A stretch of DNA of 64,000 nt from contig CM022670.1 in the NCBI GenBank assembly GCA_012295275.1, positions 39,742,001-39,806,000 of the forward strand, written 5' to 3'. Position 1 is the stretch's first letter; each line of letters starts with the position of its first letter. The stretch is from Chrysomallon squamiferum (Eukaryota; Animalia; Mollusca). This document shows positions 28,950-43,472 of the stretch, one piece after another. Below the pieces are notes generated by a model. The model searched no databases and had not been told where the DNA came from. It worked only from the letters and a program-made list of their open reading frames with translations. Position numbers and translations under genes: made by a program.

Positions 28950-29535
28950 TAATCCTGGAAGCCATGTTGGACAAAATCACACACATTATGTTTAAACACA
29001 ACCTAACAACAGAAAAATCAAAAGAACACGACTGGAATTTAATACGATTTCAGGAAGAACAGAGATTTTCTTACCCAGATAACAGCATACACTAACAGTC
29101 CACAGAATTAACCACAGAACTTGTTGAAGTTTCTACACCTTTAGACCTGTTTCATAGACCAGATAAGATAATGAAGTGCAGTTAGAACTGGGTGCATGTT
29201 TGAAACCCTGCGACAGTATCAGATTACTCATAGCGCTAAAGAGAAATATTATTATGTCTCTCACCTTACGACATACCCATGATTCAACAGCGAGATAAAT
29301 CTGTTGACTTGTTCTGAAGGATTGGCAAGGGTGAAGGTATTGCGTGCTTTGTGGCCAGATCAGTTGTGTTATTCCAGACACTAAAAAAGATTTTCCCGTG
29401 TTATCAGATTTGCAAACAAATGGACAAGGATTACCCTGAAGAGTCACATATTATGTACAAGCCCTTGTCTAGCATTAACATACTTGTCTCCATTTCATTG
29501 TCGGTCAAAAACAACCGTTACAATTTAAGATATTC
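28950..29535 (+). mobile_element. Possible highly degraded LINE (CR1/L2-like) ORF2 remnants
   Basis: Broken-frame peptides KITHIMFKHNL, YDFRKNRDFLTQI (cf. RT motif QxGFRxxRSxxxQL), LELGACLKP and RYNLR occur in the order expected for LINE ORF2. Similarity is weak. Confidence 0.3.
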
Positions 29536-29979
29536 CTGGTGTGCTTGTACAAGTTTTAAACATTTGGAGGTTGTTTAGTGTGTGTGTTTCAAAAACTCTT
29601 GAAATGCATTAGAAATACAAAAAAAAAAAAAAAAAAACTTTAGTTGTTGGTTAAAATCTATTTTGGTTTTTATGAAATGTGACACAGTATATTTAGCATA
29701 TTTTAAAAAAAATAACAAGTAAAAATGTTGTTAAAAACATCAAACTTCAAATTTTATCATCCTGAAAAATCTGAATGGGCATTGAATCTTGGTATAATGA
29801 CTAAAAAATGAATGATTTATTTTTTTATACTGGAAGAGTACCAACAAATAATCACATACAACAATATAATATTTTACATATGGTGACACGAGATTGGATA
29901 TGGAATACAATAAATTAACTAAGTTTGTTTGACATGTTTCTACTATGGATGACACAGACCTGTACCTCTAACTGCCTGG

Positions 29980-30520
29980 CCCTGGATTAGTGAGGATTAT
30001 CTCTTTATGGGATTAATTTGCCATGTTACATTTGACACCAGTCTGCTGTTGATGACACAGAACTGAACTTCTTCCTGCTGCTTGGTTAGTGGATTGGTGA
30101 GGATGTCTGCTGTAATGTTGTGGTATTCACATGCCATGTCACATTTGATGCCATTTTGAACTTGTCATTGCCTTGCAGTGGATTAGTAAAAATCATCTGC
30201 ATGTGGGATTAGTTTGTCATGATACATTTCACAGCAATCTGAACTTGTCATTGCCTTGCAGTGGATTAGTGAAAATCATCTGCATGTGGGATTAGTTTGT
30301 CATGATACATTTCACAGCAATCTGAACTTGTCATTGCCTTGCAGTGGATTAGTGAAAATCATCTGCAAAATGATACATTTCACAGCGATCAACTCTGCAT
30401 AGCCTTGCAGTGGATTAGTGAAAATCATCTGCACATGAGATTAGTCTGCCACGTCTGATTTGCCACATTTGTGCTGTAGAGCTGCCAGTTTGGGGATCTG
30501 TGGGGATTAGCAGGGATTAG
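29980..30520. repeat. Minisatellite, 83-bp unit (GAACTTGTCATTGCCTTGCAGTGGATTAGTGAAAATCATCTGC...)
   Basis: Near-identical starts at 30158, 30241 and 30324 (83-bp period), with degenerate flanking copies. Confidence 0.88.
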
Positions 30521-30727
30521 CAGTGATATGAAAATGTGTAAGTATCACAGTGACACACAAAGCATGTGTCTGAATTGCCGAGTCATGTCTGTCCTGTACA
30601 TCACAAAGCACAGATTACACTGTAATAAGATTAACTCCATGAATATTTCAATCTTTGTTAACACTTACTTTTCTTTTTTACCTTCAACGTTTTTTCTTTC
30701 TTTTTTTTTTACCGGTCCAATTTTTTT

Positions 30728-30763
<36 letters not shown>

Positions 30764-31654
30764 AAAAATAAAATTTACTAATAATCATACAGACCCGCTG
30801 CCATTCATAAAATAAATTAAATTTAAAAAAGAAATAAATTTTTAAAGAAATACACACACACACATAGTTATTTATTTATTATTATTATTATTTGTTTTTT
30901 TGCTTAGTAATGATATATCTCTTGCATATACACTTTTGTTTGTTTTTTCCCTGAATTTTACACAAGTTTTAAACAGTTGCGTAAAAAAAAATGTAGACTT
31001 ATATAGTTTTGTTGAACTTAGTGTTGTGTCTTCAAAAACATTTAGTTAATAACTGAAAACACCATTACATAATCAGTATTTGACTTAATAATGCCATTTC
31101 GTTTATAATCAGTATATGACTTAATGATGCATTTTTCTTTAGGGAACCTGACAAATGTGTTGTCAATATCAGTTATTTTCTTGACTGACTTAATAGAATC
31201 AGTAATTAATTTCTTCACATTAAATACAAATTTCCTGTTGTACATGTTCATTCTGATACATTTTTATTATGGTATGTGGTGTTTCTGTGAGTTTCTGTGG
31301 ATTTTTTTCTTTTCTTATTTTTTTTCTTTTTGAGGTGTGGATTATTATTATTTTTTTTTCTTCTGTTTTTGCTTCTGCCATGGTGTTATACTGATTCTAC
31401 ATAAATTTTTACTTAAGCAATGATTTTTTATTTTTTTCATCATTTTTTTAAAGTTTATTTACTTGTACACTCTGAGGCAGCAAAAAATGTGTGAAAAAAG
31501 TTTTTATATTCATGAAGAAAAGTTTTGTTTGGAGTTTGTTTGATTACTATAGTTTGATACAGAGAGAGAGAGAGAGATTAGCTATTTGGAAATTTACAAC
31601 CTTATATTATAGAATAGAGAGAATCTTTTTTTTTTTTTCTTAACATAGGTTGTT

Positions 31655-31656
<2 letters not shown>

Positions 31657-31753
<97 letters not shown>

Positions 31754-31774
31754 CAGAGAGAGAGATACAGAGAG

Positions 31775-31850
<76 letters not shown>
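31657..31850. repeat. (GA)n microsatellite with GATACA interruptions
   Basis: Direct reading. Confidence 0.95.
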
Positions 31851-31854
<4 letters not shown>

Positions 31855-33634
31855 TTATTTTTCAGATTTGGAAATTTACACCTCCCTGTTGCAGAATTTA
31901 ATGACCTAAATTTTCATGGGGATTAAAAAAACCAATAAAAAGAACAAAAAAAAAAAAAAAAACACCACTAGCTACCTTAGACTGATACCTGTTATCAAGA
32001 GATCAGTTTCTTTATGAATAAAACCTTTTTTATTTCTGCTTGGAACACACATTAGTGAAAACTAAAACCATCCAAGCAACTGCCTTTTAATAAACTGTTT
32101 TAAAGAGGTAAAAAAAAAAGTCTTTGTAAGAAGTTATTTTCATTCACAGAAACAGAAAAAGAATGTAAAAAAAAAAAAAAAAAAAAAAAAGAAAAAAAAA
32201 GAAAAGAAAAAAAAAAAACCACCCACCACCTCCTAAACTCCCGTCAGAAAACCAACTAAAATTAAAATAAAATATAATAAAAGAAATAAATTAAATAACT
32301 CGTGTCCCCCACAAAAAAACAAAAACAACAACAACAGATTAGCAACTTAATACAATCTTTAATCTTCTAAAAAAAGAAAAACGTCTACTTAAAAAGATTA
32401 AAACTGTTTTTTCATTTGTTTTTATTGTGATTGATTGAACAGAGGTGTGTACAGGAGTAAAGTTTGATGTATCTGTTGGTGTGTTTAAGGAGCCTGTCGG
32501 TCTGTTTAAGGAGCCTGTCTGTCTGTTTATACTGGGGTATCCAGACACTGAACTTCTCTGGTTGGGGGCCAGGGAAATATCTTAGTAAAACATTTAAACA
32601 GTTTGTCAGCAAAATGTCCACTGACATGACATTTATGTCACGGTTATCTCCACGTACGTCTTGAACTTAATTAATTTGGAAAGAAGCATTAAACTGTATT
32701 TATTTTGAAATGTTTTATTTGTTATTGTATTCTTGGGCTATTATTTTTTTTTTTTTTCTTTTGTTTTCTATTTCAGATTATACTGGGATTAATGATTTCA
32801 GTTTTCATTAAAATATATATATTTTTTTTTACAGGTTACAGATTATTAATTAAAGCAAAAAACATTAAAGAAAATTCAAAAATTTACTGATATTCATTTT
32901 GGTATTTCAAAAAAAATGAGAGAACTGCAACAGACCATTTACCCCAAAAACCACAAAAAACAAAAAAACAAACCAACCTGCCCAAAAAAGTATAAGAAAA
33001 ATCTCAAAACAATTAACAAAGTAAAGTAACTGAACTGTCATCAGAGGATTTTTTTGGGGGTGTTTTTTTCTTCTTCTTCACCATCTGATTGCATAGAGTC
33101 AGACTACAGTATCAGTCTTCACTTTGAAACTGGTTGTAAGCCAACACAAACTGCTGGGATCAGAGCAAGTTTGAACATGGCTTGTTTGTGAAAGTAAATC
33201 GTTTTACCTATGCTAACAAAGGGCAGGCTGGAAGACAATCTGCCACCCAGACCTGACCCCTGGCTACTACACTAATGCACATTGGTCTGCTTTAACCCAA
33301 TCAGGTGCATGCAGTCCAAACACACACTTCTAATTGCCAGCGCTTCAACCCAGTAGCACCTTTGTTTGATCATTTCAGGTCATAAGTGGGTTTCTTAACA
33401 AAGTCAGTTTTTATGTTCTTCAGAATTGATTTGTCACCTCCGTTCCAGTGCATGTGTAGAACTGATTGATTCTTTAATTTTGTTATATGGGGTTTTTTGG
33501 TGGTTGTATTGTTGTATTGTTTTTTTTTTCTGTGTGTGTGTCATTTTGTTTTTTTCACTCAGATAGATTTGACAGAAAACATCATTCTCCCTACACCTAG
33601 TGATCAATTTCCCTTTTGTTCCACTAGTTTATAA

Positions 33635-35722
33635 AAACTGTAACTACCTGAATATAGCATGTAACAACATCATTCTCCCTATCATGTAACTACTACCTTT
33701 CCCTGTAACTACTACCTGAATAATAGCTCCACTAGTTTATCAAAAACTGTAACTACCTGAATATAGCATGTAACTACTACCTGACTATAGCATGTAACAA
33801 CTGCCTGACCATATCATGTAACAACCTGACTCTAGCATGTAACTACTACCTGACTATAGCATGTAACAACTGCCTGACCATATCATGTAACAACCTGACT
33901 CTAGCATGTAACTACTACCTGACTATAGCATGTAACAACTACCTGACTATAGCATGTAACAACTACCTGACTATAGCATGTAACAACTACCTGACTATAG
34001 CATGTAACTACTACCTGACTATAGCATGTAACAACTACCTGAGTATAGCATGTAACAACTACCTGACTATAGCATGTAACAACTACCTGACTATAGCATG
34101 TAACAACTACCTGACTCTAGCATGTAACTACTACCTGACTATAGCATGTAACAACTGCCTGACCATATCATGTAACAACCTGACTCTAGCATGTAACTAC
34201 TACCTGACTATAGCATGTAACAACTGCCTGACCATATCATGTAACAACCTGACTCTAGCATGTAACTACTACCTGACTATAGCATGTAACAACTGCCTGA
34301 CCATATCATGTAACAACCTGACTCTAGCATGTAACTACTACCTGACTATAGCATGTAACAACTACCTGACTATAGCATGTAACAACTACCTGACTATAGC
34401 ATGTAACAACTACCTGACTCTAGCATGTAACTACTACCTGACTATAGCATGTAACAACTACCTGAGTATAGCATGTAATAGCTACCTGAGTATAGCATGT
34501 AACAACTACCTGAGTATAGCATGTAACTACTACCTGACTATAGCATGTAACAACTATCTGACCATATCATGTAACTACCTGACTATAGCATGTAACATGT
34601 GCCTATAGCATGTAACAACTGCCTGACCATATCATGTAACAACCTGACTCTAGCATGTAACTACTACCTGACTATAGCATGTAACAACTACCTGACTATA
34701 GCATGTAACAACTACCTGACTCTAGCATGTAACTACTACCTGACTCTAGCATGTAACAACTACCTGAGTATAGCATGTAACAACTACCTGACTATAGCAT
34801 GTAACAACTACCTGACTATAGCATGTAACAACTACCTGACTATAGCATGTAACAACTACCTGACTATAGCATGTAACAACTACCTGACTCTAGCATGTAA
34901 CTACTACCTGACTATAGCATGTAACTACTGCCTGACTATATGTAACAACCTGACTCTAGCATGTAACAACTACCTGACTCTAGCATGTAACTACTACCTG
35001 ACTATAGCATGTAACAACTGCCTGACCATATCATGTAACAACCTGACTCTAGCATGTAACTACTACCTGACTATAGCATGTAACAACTACCTGACTATAG
35101 CATTTAACAACTACCTGACTATAGCATGTAACAACTACCTGACTATAGCATGTAACTACTACCTGACTCTAGCATGTAACAACTACCTGAGTATAGCATG
35201 TAATAGCTACCTGAGTATAGCATGTAACAACTACCTGAGTATAGCATGTAACTACTACCTGACTATAGCATGTAACAACTATCTGACCATATCATGTAAC
35301 TACCTGACTATAGCATGTAACATGTGCCTATAGCATATAACAACTACCTGACTATACCATGTAACTACCTGACTATAGCATGTAACAACTACCTAACTAT
35401 AGCATGTAACAACTACCTGACTATACCATGTAACTACCTGACTATAGCTTGTAACTACCTGACTACAGCTTGTAACTACCTGACTACAGCTTGTAACTAC
35501 CTGACAACAGCATGGAATTACCTGACTATAGCTTGAACTACTTGACTATAGCTTGTAACTACCTGACTATAGCTTGAACTACCTGACTACAGCTTGTAAC
35601 TACCTGACAACAGCATGTAACTACCTGACTATAGCTTGAACTACTTGTCTATAGCTTGTAACTACCTGACTATAGCTTGTAACTACCCAACTATAGCATG
35701 TAATTACCTGACTATAGCATAT
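33635..35722. repeat. 2.1-kb minisatellite, 24-bp unit ACTACCTGACTATAGCATGTAACA with 21/20-bp variants
   Basis: Dozens of tandem units; explains the 244-aa LTIACNNY ORF. Confidence 0.97.
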
Positions 35723-36299
35723 AATTTACCTTACTGTATGATGCATATAAAAAACAAAATAATAAAAAAGTATTTTGCAGCAGTGGTGACTGATAAAAGC
35801 GTCCCATTGTGCTGTGACATCTGGTTTTACCTTTCATTTCATCATTATACAAAAGCCATAAATTTGACACATAATAACCATTCATTATAAATCTGCTCTG
35901 TTCCTTTATGTAACTGAACTCTTCCTGCTATGTTTTTTTTTTTTAAATTCACAATCCAGAAATATATTGTAGAAAAAGAAATGTGGAGACAACTCTTCTG
36001 TCCAGGAATAATGTTTGCTGCCATTTTTCATTATTTTGTTCAAGTGATAAATGTTTGTGTAACGTTTTTATTATTATTATTTTTTTTTCAAATATTTAAA
36101 AATAATAATTTTTCTTTTCAATTCTCTTAAACAATTTTTCTTTGTAATAAAGTTTCTTGCATAGCATATTTATTATATTTTCTCATGACGTTGAACATGA
36201 CATTTTGAAATTTGTCGCTCTAAATTTAATATAAATAATTTTAGCTAAATGTTATCAGTGATTATCTTGTAGGTTTATGAAAATGCTGTTTGTGTGTGC

Positions 36300-36339
<40 letters not shown>

Positions 36340-37177
36340 ATTTTTTTTGTGTTTGTGTAGGTATATGTAGGCCTATATAAATACATGAGTATCTTTTAAT
36401 TTGGAATACATTATCATAAAGTTCCTGTCAGTGAAAACAGTGGGACTCTAATACTGTAGTAAGTTGTTAACAATTTTAAACACTTTTGTAAACAAAATCT
36501 TTTATTCTTGTTTTATTTTAAGAAATGTTTCCATAACCCAATATTCTTGAAAAAAATAAAAAAAAATTAAAAAAAATTAATCGACCATAGCTCTAGACAA
36601 TTTCTCAATTATTTTTCAAAAACTGAAAGCTAACTACAAATTTTCCTTAAACCACAATCAGCACATTGTTCTCTGACTACTTCAGTGTCACTTTCCTGCA
36701 GGTGTCTGATTTGACTGAATAAATTTACCTCCAACTTCTGGTCACATGTAGGCGTATCTTGTCATCCTGCACCTTTGTTTGCAGTCAATGCTGCAGTAAA
36801 TCCGTAGTTGATGTAGTCCCAAAAAAAAATGACGTTTTACTTTGGTAGCATGCAAATTGTGTTTATGTATCGCAGCGTGGTGTTGTGTCATCAATACTGT
36901 GTTAGTGTGATAAATACTGAAGAAGAAGAGAAAAGGGTTTCTGTCTGTTTAAATCTGATCTTTCAAGGAAGATCAGTATTCCGAATGAGGCAGACTATTT
37001 TCATTTAAATTTGTTACTTCCGTACAGGTGTTAATTAAGATGTAGGATTATTTCTGTTTTCAAAGTCTGTTGGGAGAGAGAAATTTTATTTTAAAAATTA
37101 TTTGAAAGACTACAAAAAGTAAGGATGTTAATAAATCTAAAAAAAATAATTATTACGTGAATTTGCATGCACACATA

Positions 37178-37178
<1 letters not shown>

Positions 37179-37273
<95 letters not shown>

Positions 37274-37300
37274 CACACACACACACATACACACACACAC
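37179..37300. repeat. (CA)n microsatellite
   Basis: Direct reading. Confidence 0.95.
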
Positions 37301-38914
37301 ATTGGGAATCAGTTTAAAAACCCAGAAACAACAAAAAATAATAATAAACAATAAAAAAGACACCTCTTCTAACTAATTAAATAAACAGAAAAACTTCAGA
37401 AATAAAAACTTTTTAATTTTGACATTTGTATGTTTGAGTAGAATGATATGAATTCTTAAAAGAAAACTTGACAGATAATTCTGTAACATCAAACTGAATA
37501 TGATGAGTTAGTACGTATATTATCAATGACTGCTCACAGATTAAAATAAATAAATAATAAAAATAAAATAAAAAATAATAATAATAATAAATAAATAAAT
37601 TAATTAAAAAAAGAAAACTAATAAGTGTATGCAAATATACAAAGCATTCAAATGAAACAGTTGTGTGTGCACTTCGAAACTGTAAACTGAGAAAGGAAAA
37701 CTTATTCGGGATTTGTTAATATTATTTAATATTTTATTGTTGTTATTTATGGACAAGAGATAAGTGGGACACATATACTTGGAGAAAGCATGTTTAAACA
37801 TTTTATTATTTAAATAATAATAGCTTTGGTGGAAAATAAATATATATTTTAAGAAAAAAAAAAACGTTTAATGATTTATATTGAAGATAAAATATGTAAT
37901 GTTTCTGTTTCAAATAAAAAAAATTAAATAATAAAATAGAAAAATATTAAAAAAAAAATAAACTTTGATAAATGAGGTAGTCATTTTTTTTAATGTGTCA
38001 ATAACAAAAAAATAATTGTTTTGTGTGTGTATATACACAGATTGAATGAAACCTCATTTTAATGTCAATACTGGATCCAGCTAAACTTGGTATTTTTATT
38101 GTTATTGTTATTGCTGTTATTGTTATTATTATTATTATTATAGTTATTGTTATTGTTATTATTATTATTATTATTATTATAGTTATTGTTGTTGTTATTA
38201 ATACACTAAATAATATGATTTACGGAGCTATCATTTTTGAATAAAACAAGAGTCATCAGACAATACAATACTAACTGACATGTTTATAGAAAAGGCTGAT
38301 TTTTAAACAAAGTAAAAATAACAGTGATTTGTCAATACAAGACTAGTTGACTGAGCTCGTGGGCAAGGGACTCTCTATTGGCTTTGTTTGTGATAAGGGA
38401 TAGGTTCTAGTGCAAACTCTTATAATGTCAAACTCAGTTTAATCTGTGTGCAGTTGTGTCTGTCAAAGTTCACAGCGAGTTTGTTTCACACTCTCCAGAC
38501 TGCCTGGCTCTGTTTAGTGTCAGTTGTTCCTGTGTTTGTGATGTTAAAAGACGGTTATTGACTTTGTAAGATTACATACTGAAAATGGTTGTCTTTTAAC
38601 CCATATGTCAGTAGATACTTTTATCATAATTAGTTAATAGTACCACATCATCATCATCACCACCATCATATCTCTGTTACTACAATTACTACAACTGCTA
38701 CTGTTACAGTTAGTATAATGATTGTAACAATCACTATTCATTTTATACTGGTATTATTGCTGCTGCTGCTGCTGCTGCTACTGCAACTACTACTACTTTA
38801 TAATAATTATGATGATGAATGAACAGCATGTGATAAATAAAGCAGAAAAACATCTCTTCTTTTAAATTTGGATGGAAAGAAGCATAAATTCAAAACAGCA
38901 ATGCATACAGAAAA

Positions 38915-39685
38915 AAAACAGCTATACAGAGATAAATAAAACAGCTATACTTTTAAATTTTATACAAAACAACTATGGAAAAAAAACATAATATATAAAA
39001 CAGCAGAGATATATAAAACAGCTATATAGAGATATACAAAACAGCTATACAGAGAATATAAAACAGGCATATATAAAACAACTATACAGATATATAAAAA
39101 CAGCTATATAGAGATATATAAAATAGCTGTACAGGTATACAGTTATACAGAGATATATAAAACAGCTATACAGAGATATTACAAAATAACAGCTGTAGGG
39201 ACATACAAAACAACTATATACAAAACAGTTGATATATAAAAACAACTATATAACACAGCTGAGAGATATAAAAAACAACTATATAGAGATATATAAAACA
39301 ACTATACAGAGGATATATATAAAGAGATACATAAAACAACTATACAGAGATATATAAAACAACTATACAGAGATATATAAAACAACTATATAGAGATATA
39401 TAAAACAACTATATAGAGATATATAAAACAGCTATACAGAGATATATAAAACAACTATACAGAGATATATAAAACAACTATACAGAGATATATAAAACAG
39501 CTATGCAGAGATATATAAAACAGCTATAGAGAGATATATAAAACAACTATACAGAGATATATAAAACAGCTATACAGAGATATATAAAACAGCTATAGAG
39601 AGATATATAAAACAACTACACAGAGATATATAAAACAACTGCACAGGGATATATAAAACAGCTACACAGAGATATACAAAACAGC
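38915..39685. repeat. Minisatellite, 23-bp unit AGAGATATATAAAACARCTATAC
   Basis: Tandem copies, most homogeneous at 39330-39660. Confidence 0.93.
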
Positions 39686-40425
39686 AGTACAGGGATTTAC
39701 AACACAACTCAGCAGTGAGGAAGGACGACAAGGCGTCAAGCAGGGAGACGTTTGTTCCTGACTGTTTATCACGCTGCTGTTGGTGCTGCTTGACTTTCTA
39801 AACAGGCGCATAGCTGTAGGGGGACGCAGACTCCAGCTGTGGCCTGTTACCTGGCTAAACGACCTGTCACACAGGTAGACGTGTTTCCCTCTCGTGTGGC
39901 TGCTTGCTGTCAAACTGAGTGTGTAAATTGCTATCCACGGTTAACTTGGTGGGGGTGGTTGTCCTGTTAAAAGAGATTTTTTCTTTCAGTCTGCCGTGCA
40001 ATGGGCAAATAATCTCCCGTTGAGACTGCTTTGCAGGCCTCGTAAAATCCTTCCAGTTTCCGGAGTATTGTAATAAGATAAAGAGTTTTTATTGTCAGAA
40101 GTGAAGAGTTGAATGTAATGCTTGTCATCCTCTAATTTGTTCATTTGTACGAATGAAAATGTTAGCAGGGGAGAAAGCAAATTGATGAGGAAGAGAAGTT
40201 TGTGTGTTTGGATGGTTTGTTAGTGGAAATAAAGAGAAGTAAAAATAGCTGAACAAGACGAAATCAGTACAGCTGAACTTGAGAATGTCTGTTATTATTT
40301 GTTAAATTGTTTTATACAGTGTAGAAATGGCAAAGTAAAATTCCAGAAACTCATTGGTAGTATTTCATTAAACAGTTAAAGTTTTACAGATCAGGGCTAG
40401 TACTAAAATTAACATGTATACATGT

Positions 40426-40456
<31 letters not shown>

Positions 40457-41379
40457 ATAATAAAAAATTTAAATAAATTAAATTAGAAAATAGCTATAAA
40501 GAGTGAATGTTGTGGAAAACAACAAGAAAAAATATCATTTATTTAAACTACAAAATAAAACATTGAAACAAAAAAAACAACTGAAATGTGATTTAGAATT
40601 TTTTTTGTTTTACTTGTCTTTGTAACATGATAACTGGTAAAAAACATAGTTTATGTTATTCAGCTACACATTTCCAATATTTTATTTATTTTTTATTTGT
40701 AACTAAAACAAACAAAATTAAACAAACTTCACTGTTGCCAGTCATCTGACTAATAATCTGTGTATTACTTAAAATAAAATACAAAATAAAAATTAAATAA
40801 AAGCTTAGTAATTTCAAACAAATCTTTTGACCAATCACAAACTCAGGTATTAATAGTTAAGAAAAAAGATGTGTAAATAATACAGATTATTTTTATTATG
40901 TCACTGATAATAAATCTTAATAAATTAAAAAAAAAAAAAAAAAAAAATAAAAAATAAATAAATAAATAAAGAGAAATTCAAAAGAAAACAACAACAAAAA
41001 ATATAACCATATAAACAAAATAAGTATATAAAATGAATAAAAATAAAATAAAATAAACATACATATGTAAATAAATGAAGTAAAATAACAGACAAACAAA
41101 ACCTACCCACATAACACACTGAATCATTAGCTGAGATTTGTGTTGTTTTGTTAATACAGCTATTTTCTGGGCAGTGTCAGATTTCACAGTTAAAACACAT
41201 ACAGTGTGTAAAAACACATTTTTTTATAGTTTTTATTTTTTATATTTTTTTTTAGCTAAGAACAAAAAATAATATCAATGAACAAGTAAATACTTGCTTC
41301 ATAATACCCAAGTATTAATAGCTTTTAAGTTCCCGTCATGATTTCATGAGACAAGAAACTCACATCATCTCATTCTTTG

Positions 41380-41490
41380 ATAGCATCTACCATGATGTTT
41401 GATAATTCTAATAGGCAGGACAGCATCTACCATGATATTTAATAATTCTGATAGCAGGACAGCAACTACCATGATATTTGATAATTCTGT
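41380..41490. repeat. Short tandem repeat, about 38-bp unit (CAGCATCTACCATGATATTTGATAATTCT), 3 copies
   Basis: Direct reading. Confidence 0.8.
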
Positions 41491-41661
41491 TGTGAAGGTC
41501 CGGTCTGAATATCCAACAGCTTAATGTGTGATTTGTGGAGAATTGATCTTTCAACCTGTTACATCTCAAACCTGTGTTTTAACCACTATACTGCAGCATC
41601 TGTTTATTACTTTTTTATTAGTTATTTAGCAGTTGTGTTTTTTATATTTGTTTTGTTTTTT

Positions 41662-41732
<71 letters not shown>

Positions 41733-41844
41733 AAGCAAAAAGTTGTTACTCAGAATAATTATTTGATTTTAAATTTTCATTACTTGTGTGCTAATACTAG
41801 CATTGCCAGACTGTTGTTAGGTGACACTGTTCACAGTTATGTAC

Positions 41845-41847
<3 letters not shown>

Positions 41848-41909
<62 letters not shown>

Positions 41910-42064
41910 TGAAGGTTGTGTTTGTGTATGTGTGTGTGTGTAATGGTTGTGTTTGTGTATGTGTGTGTGTGTGATGGTTGTGTTTGTGTATTTGTGTGTC
42001 AGTGTGTGTGTATGTGTGTGATGGTTGTGTTTGTGTATGTGTGTGTGTGTGTGTGTGTGATGGT

Positions 42065-42125
<61 letters not shown>

Positions 42126-42190
42126 GTGTGTGTGGGTGTATGTGTGTGTGTGTTTGTGTGTATGTGTGTGATGGTTGTGTTTGTGTATGG
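41848..42190. repeat. (TG)n-derived compound repeat with recurring GATGGTTGTGTTTGTG
   Basis: Direct reading. Confidence 0.85.
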
Positions 42191-42382
42191 GTGCATTGTT
42201 TTTTCGTAAGTATATATATTTAATTGATTCTAAAAATTAAATGGCTATGATATTATCATGCTCACCTGTACGACTGTGTTAATATAAACATGCACTACTA
42301 CTATTAAAATCAGACAACCTGAATGTGCTGTGTATCAGTGTGTTAACTCCTGTTTGTTTGTTTCTGTGTTGCAGGGCAGATT

Positions 42383-42556
42383 ATGGCCGGTTTTGTGCGG
42401 AAATGCCCTTGTCTTAAACCCCAGATAGAAGAAGATGTGCGAGTGCTCGACTACCGTCACTGCAGCCTCACCGACGTCCCCGCTGAAGTGTTCAACTTCG
42501 AGAGGACGCTGGAGGAACTGTACGCCGACTCAAACCAGATCCGAGACCTACCCCGG
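42383..42556 (+). CDS. ERBIN/LRRC7: LAP gene coding exon 1 (MAGFVRKCPCLKPQ...NQIRDLPR)
   Basis: Acceptor TTGCAG ends at 42374; ATG at 42383; 58 codons; donor CGG|GTATGT, phase 0. Confidence 0.95.
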
Positions 42557-43354
42557 GTATGTTTGTCTCTCGTTCCAGTTAGCATCGAGTTTCAGAGTCA
42601 CAGACGTTTTGGTGTCAAGATGCCACTGCGCTCTTGTGATAAATTCAAAATGTCAAAAACTTAAAAAAACAGTTCTGTGCTCTTTGTAGGATAAATTGAG
42701 AAATGTAAAGACAAAAAATGACTTAGTATTTCTATGAAAATACGTTTTAATCTAGCATCAGTTCTGTGTTTGGTCATTTTAATGCATTGAAGAGATCGTT
42801 TTTTTGAAATTATTTTTCTTTGAATTATTATAATTTATTTCGGATGTTTTCTGGATTTTTTTTGTTTTGTTTGTTTTACACTTTATCATTATATTTATTT
42901 ATTTTCTTATTTGTTATTTAATTAATTTATTGTGTTTTTTGAGTAGATTCTGTTCTTCATATTCATTACACCGATAATTTTTTGTTTATATATTTTTATC
43001 TTTTATTTTGTTTTACAATTATATTTATTTAGTTGTTTGTTTTAGTTTATTTACTTAAAGAATGTTTTTTTGTAAGCAAATGTAGTTTTTTTTTTTTAAA
43101 GAATTTAATTTAAAATATATATATTTTTTAATAACTTCCTATTTCACACACACAGAGGTGTGTGTGTGTTTATAATCCTTTATAAAGTATATTTATTTAC
43201 TTATTTACATATGCTTAAAAAATCGTTTATTCATTTATTAAATTTTATTTGGTTTTTTGTTTTGTTTATTTATTTGTTTATTTATTTATTGACTTATTTA
43301 TTTATTTACTTATTTATTTACTTATTTATTTATTTATTTATTTGTTTATTTTAG

Positions 43355-43472
43355 GAGCTGTTTTACTGCCATGGTTTGAGGAAGCTGAGTATCAGTGACA
43401 ACGAGATCAAAACAATTCCTCCTGCCATAGCAAGTCTTGTCAGCCTGGAGGAACTGGACTTCAGCAAAAATG
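43355..43472 (+). CDS. ERBIN/LRRC7: LAP gene coding exon 2 ([40 protein letters not shown]), LRR
   Basis: TTTTAG acceptor; G|GTATTT donor; phase 0 to 1; LRR consensus. Confidence 0.95.

Noticed and set aside
34599-35890. 244-aa and neighbouring Cys/Asn-rich ORFs (LTIACNNY repeats)
   Set aside because: Produced by a 24/21-bp minisatellite; no ATG start or splice support, and the frame breaks at variant units.
4500-37000. Recursive splice sites (YnCAG|GT) in the long 5' intron, e.g. near 5394, 6803, 23002, 32834 and 36701
   Set aside because: None has both a strong pyrimidine tract and a consensus GTRAG donor.
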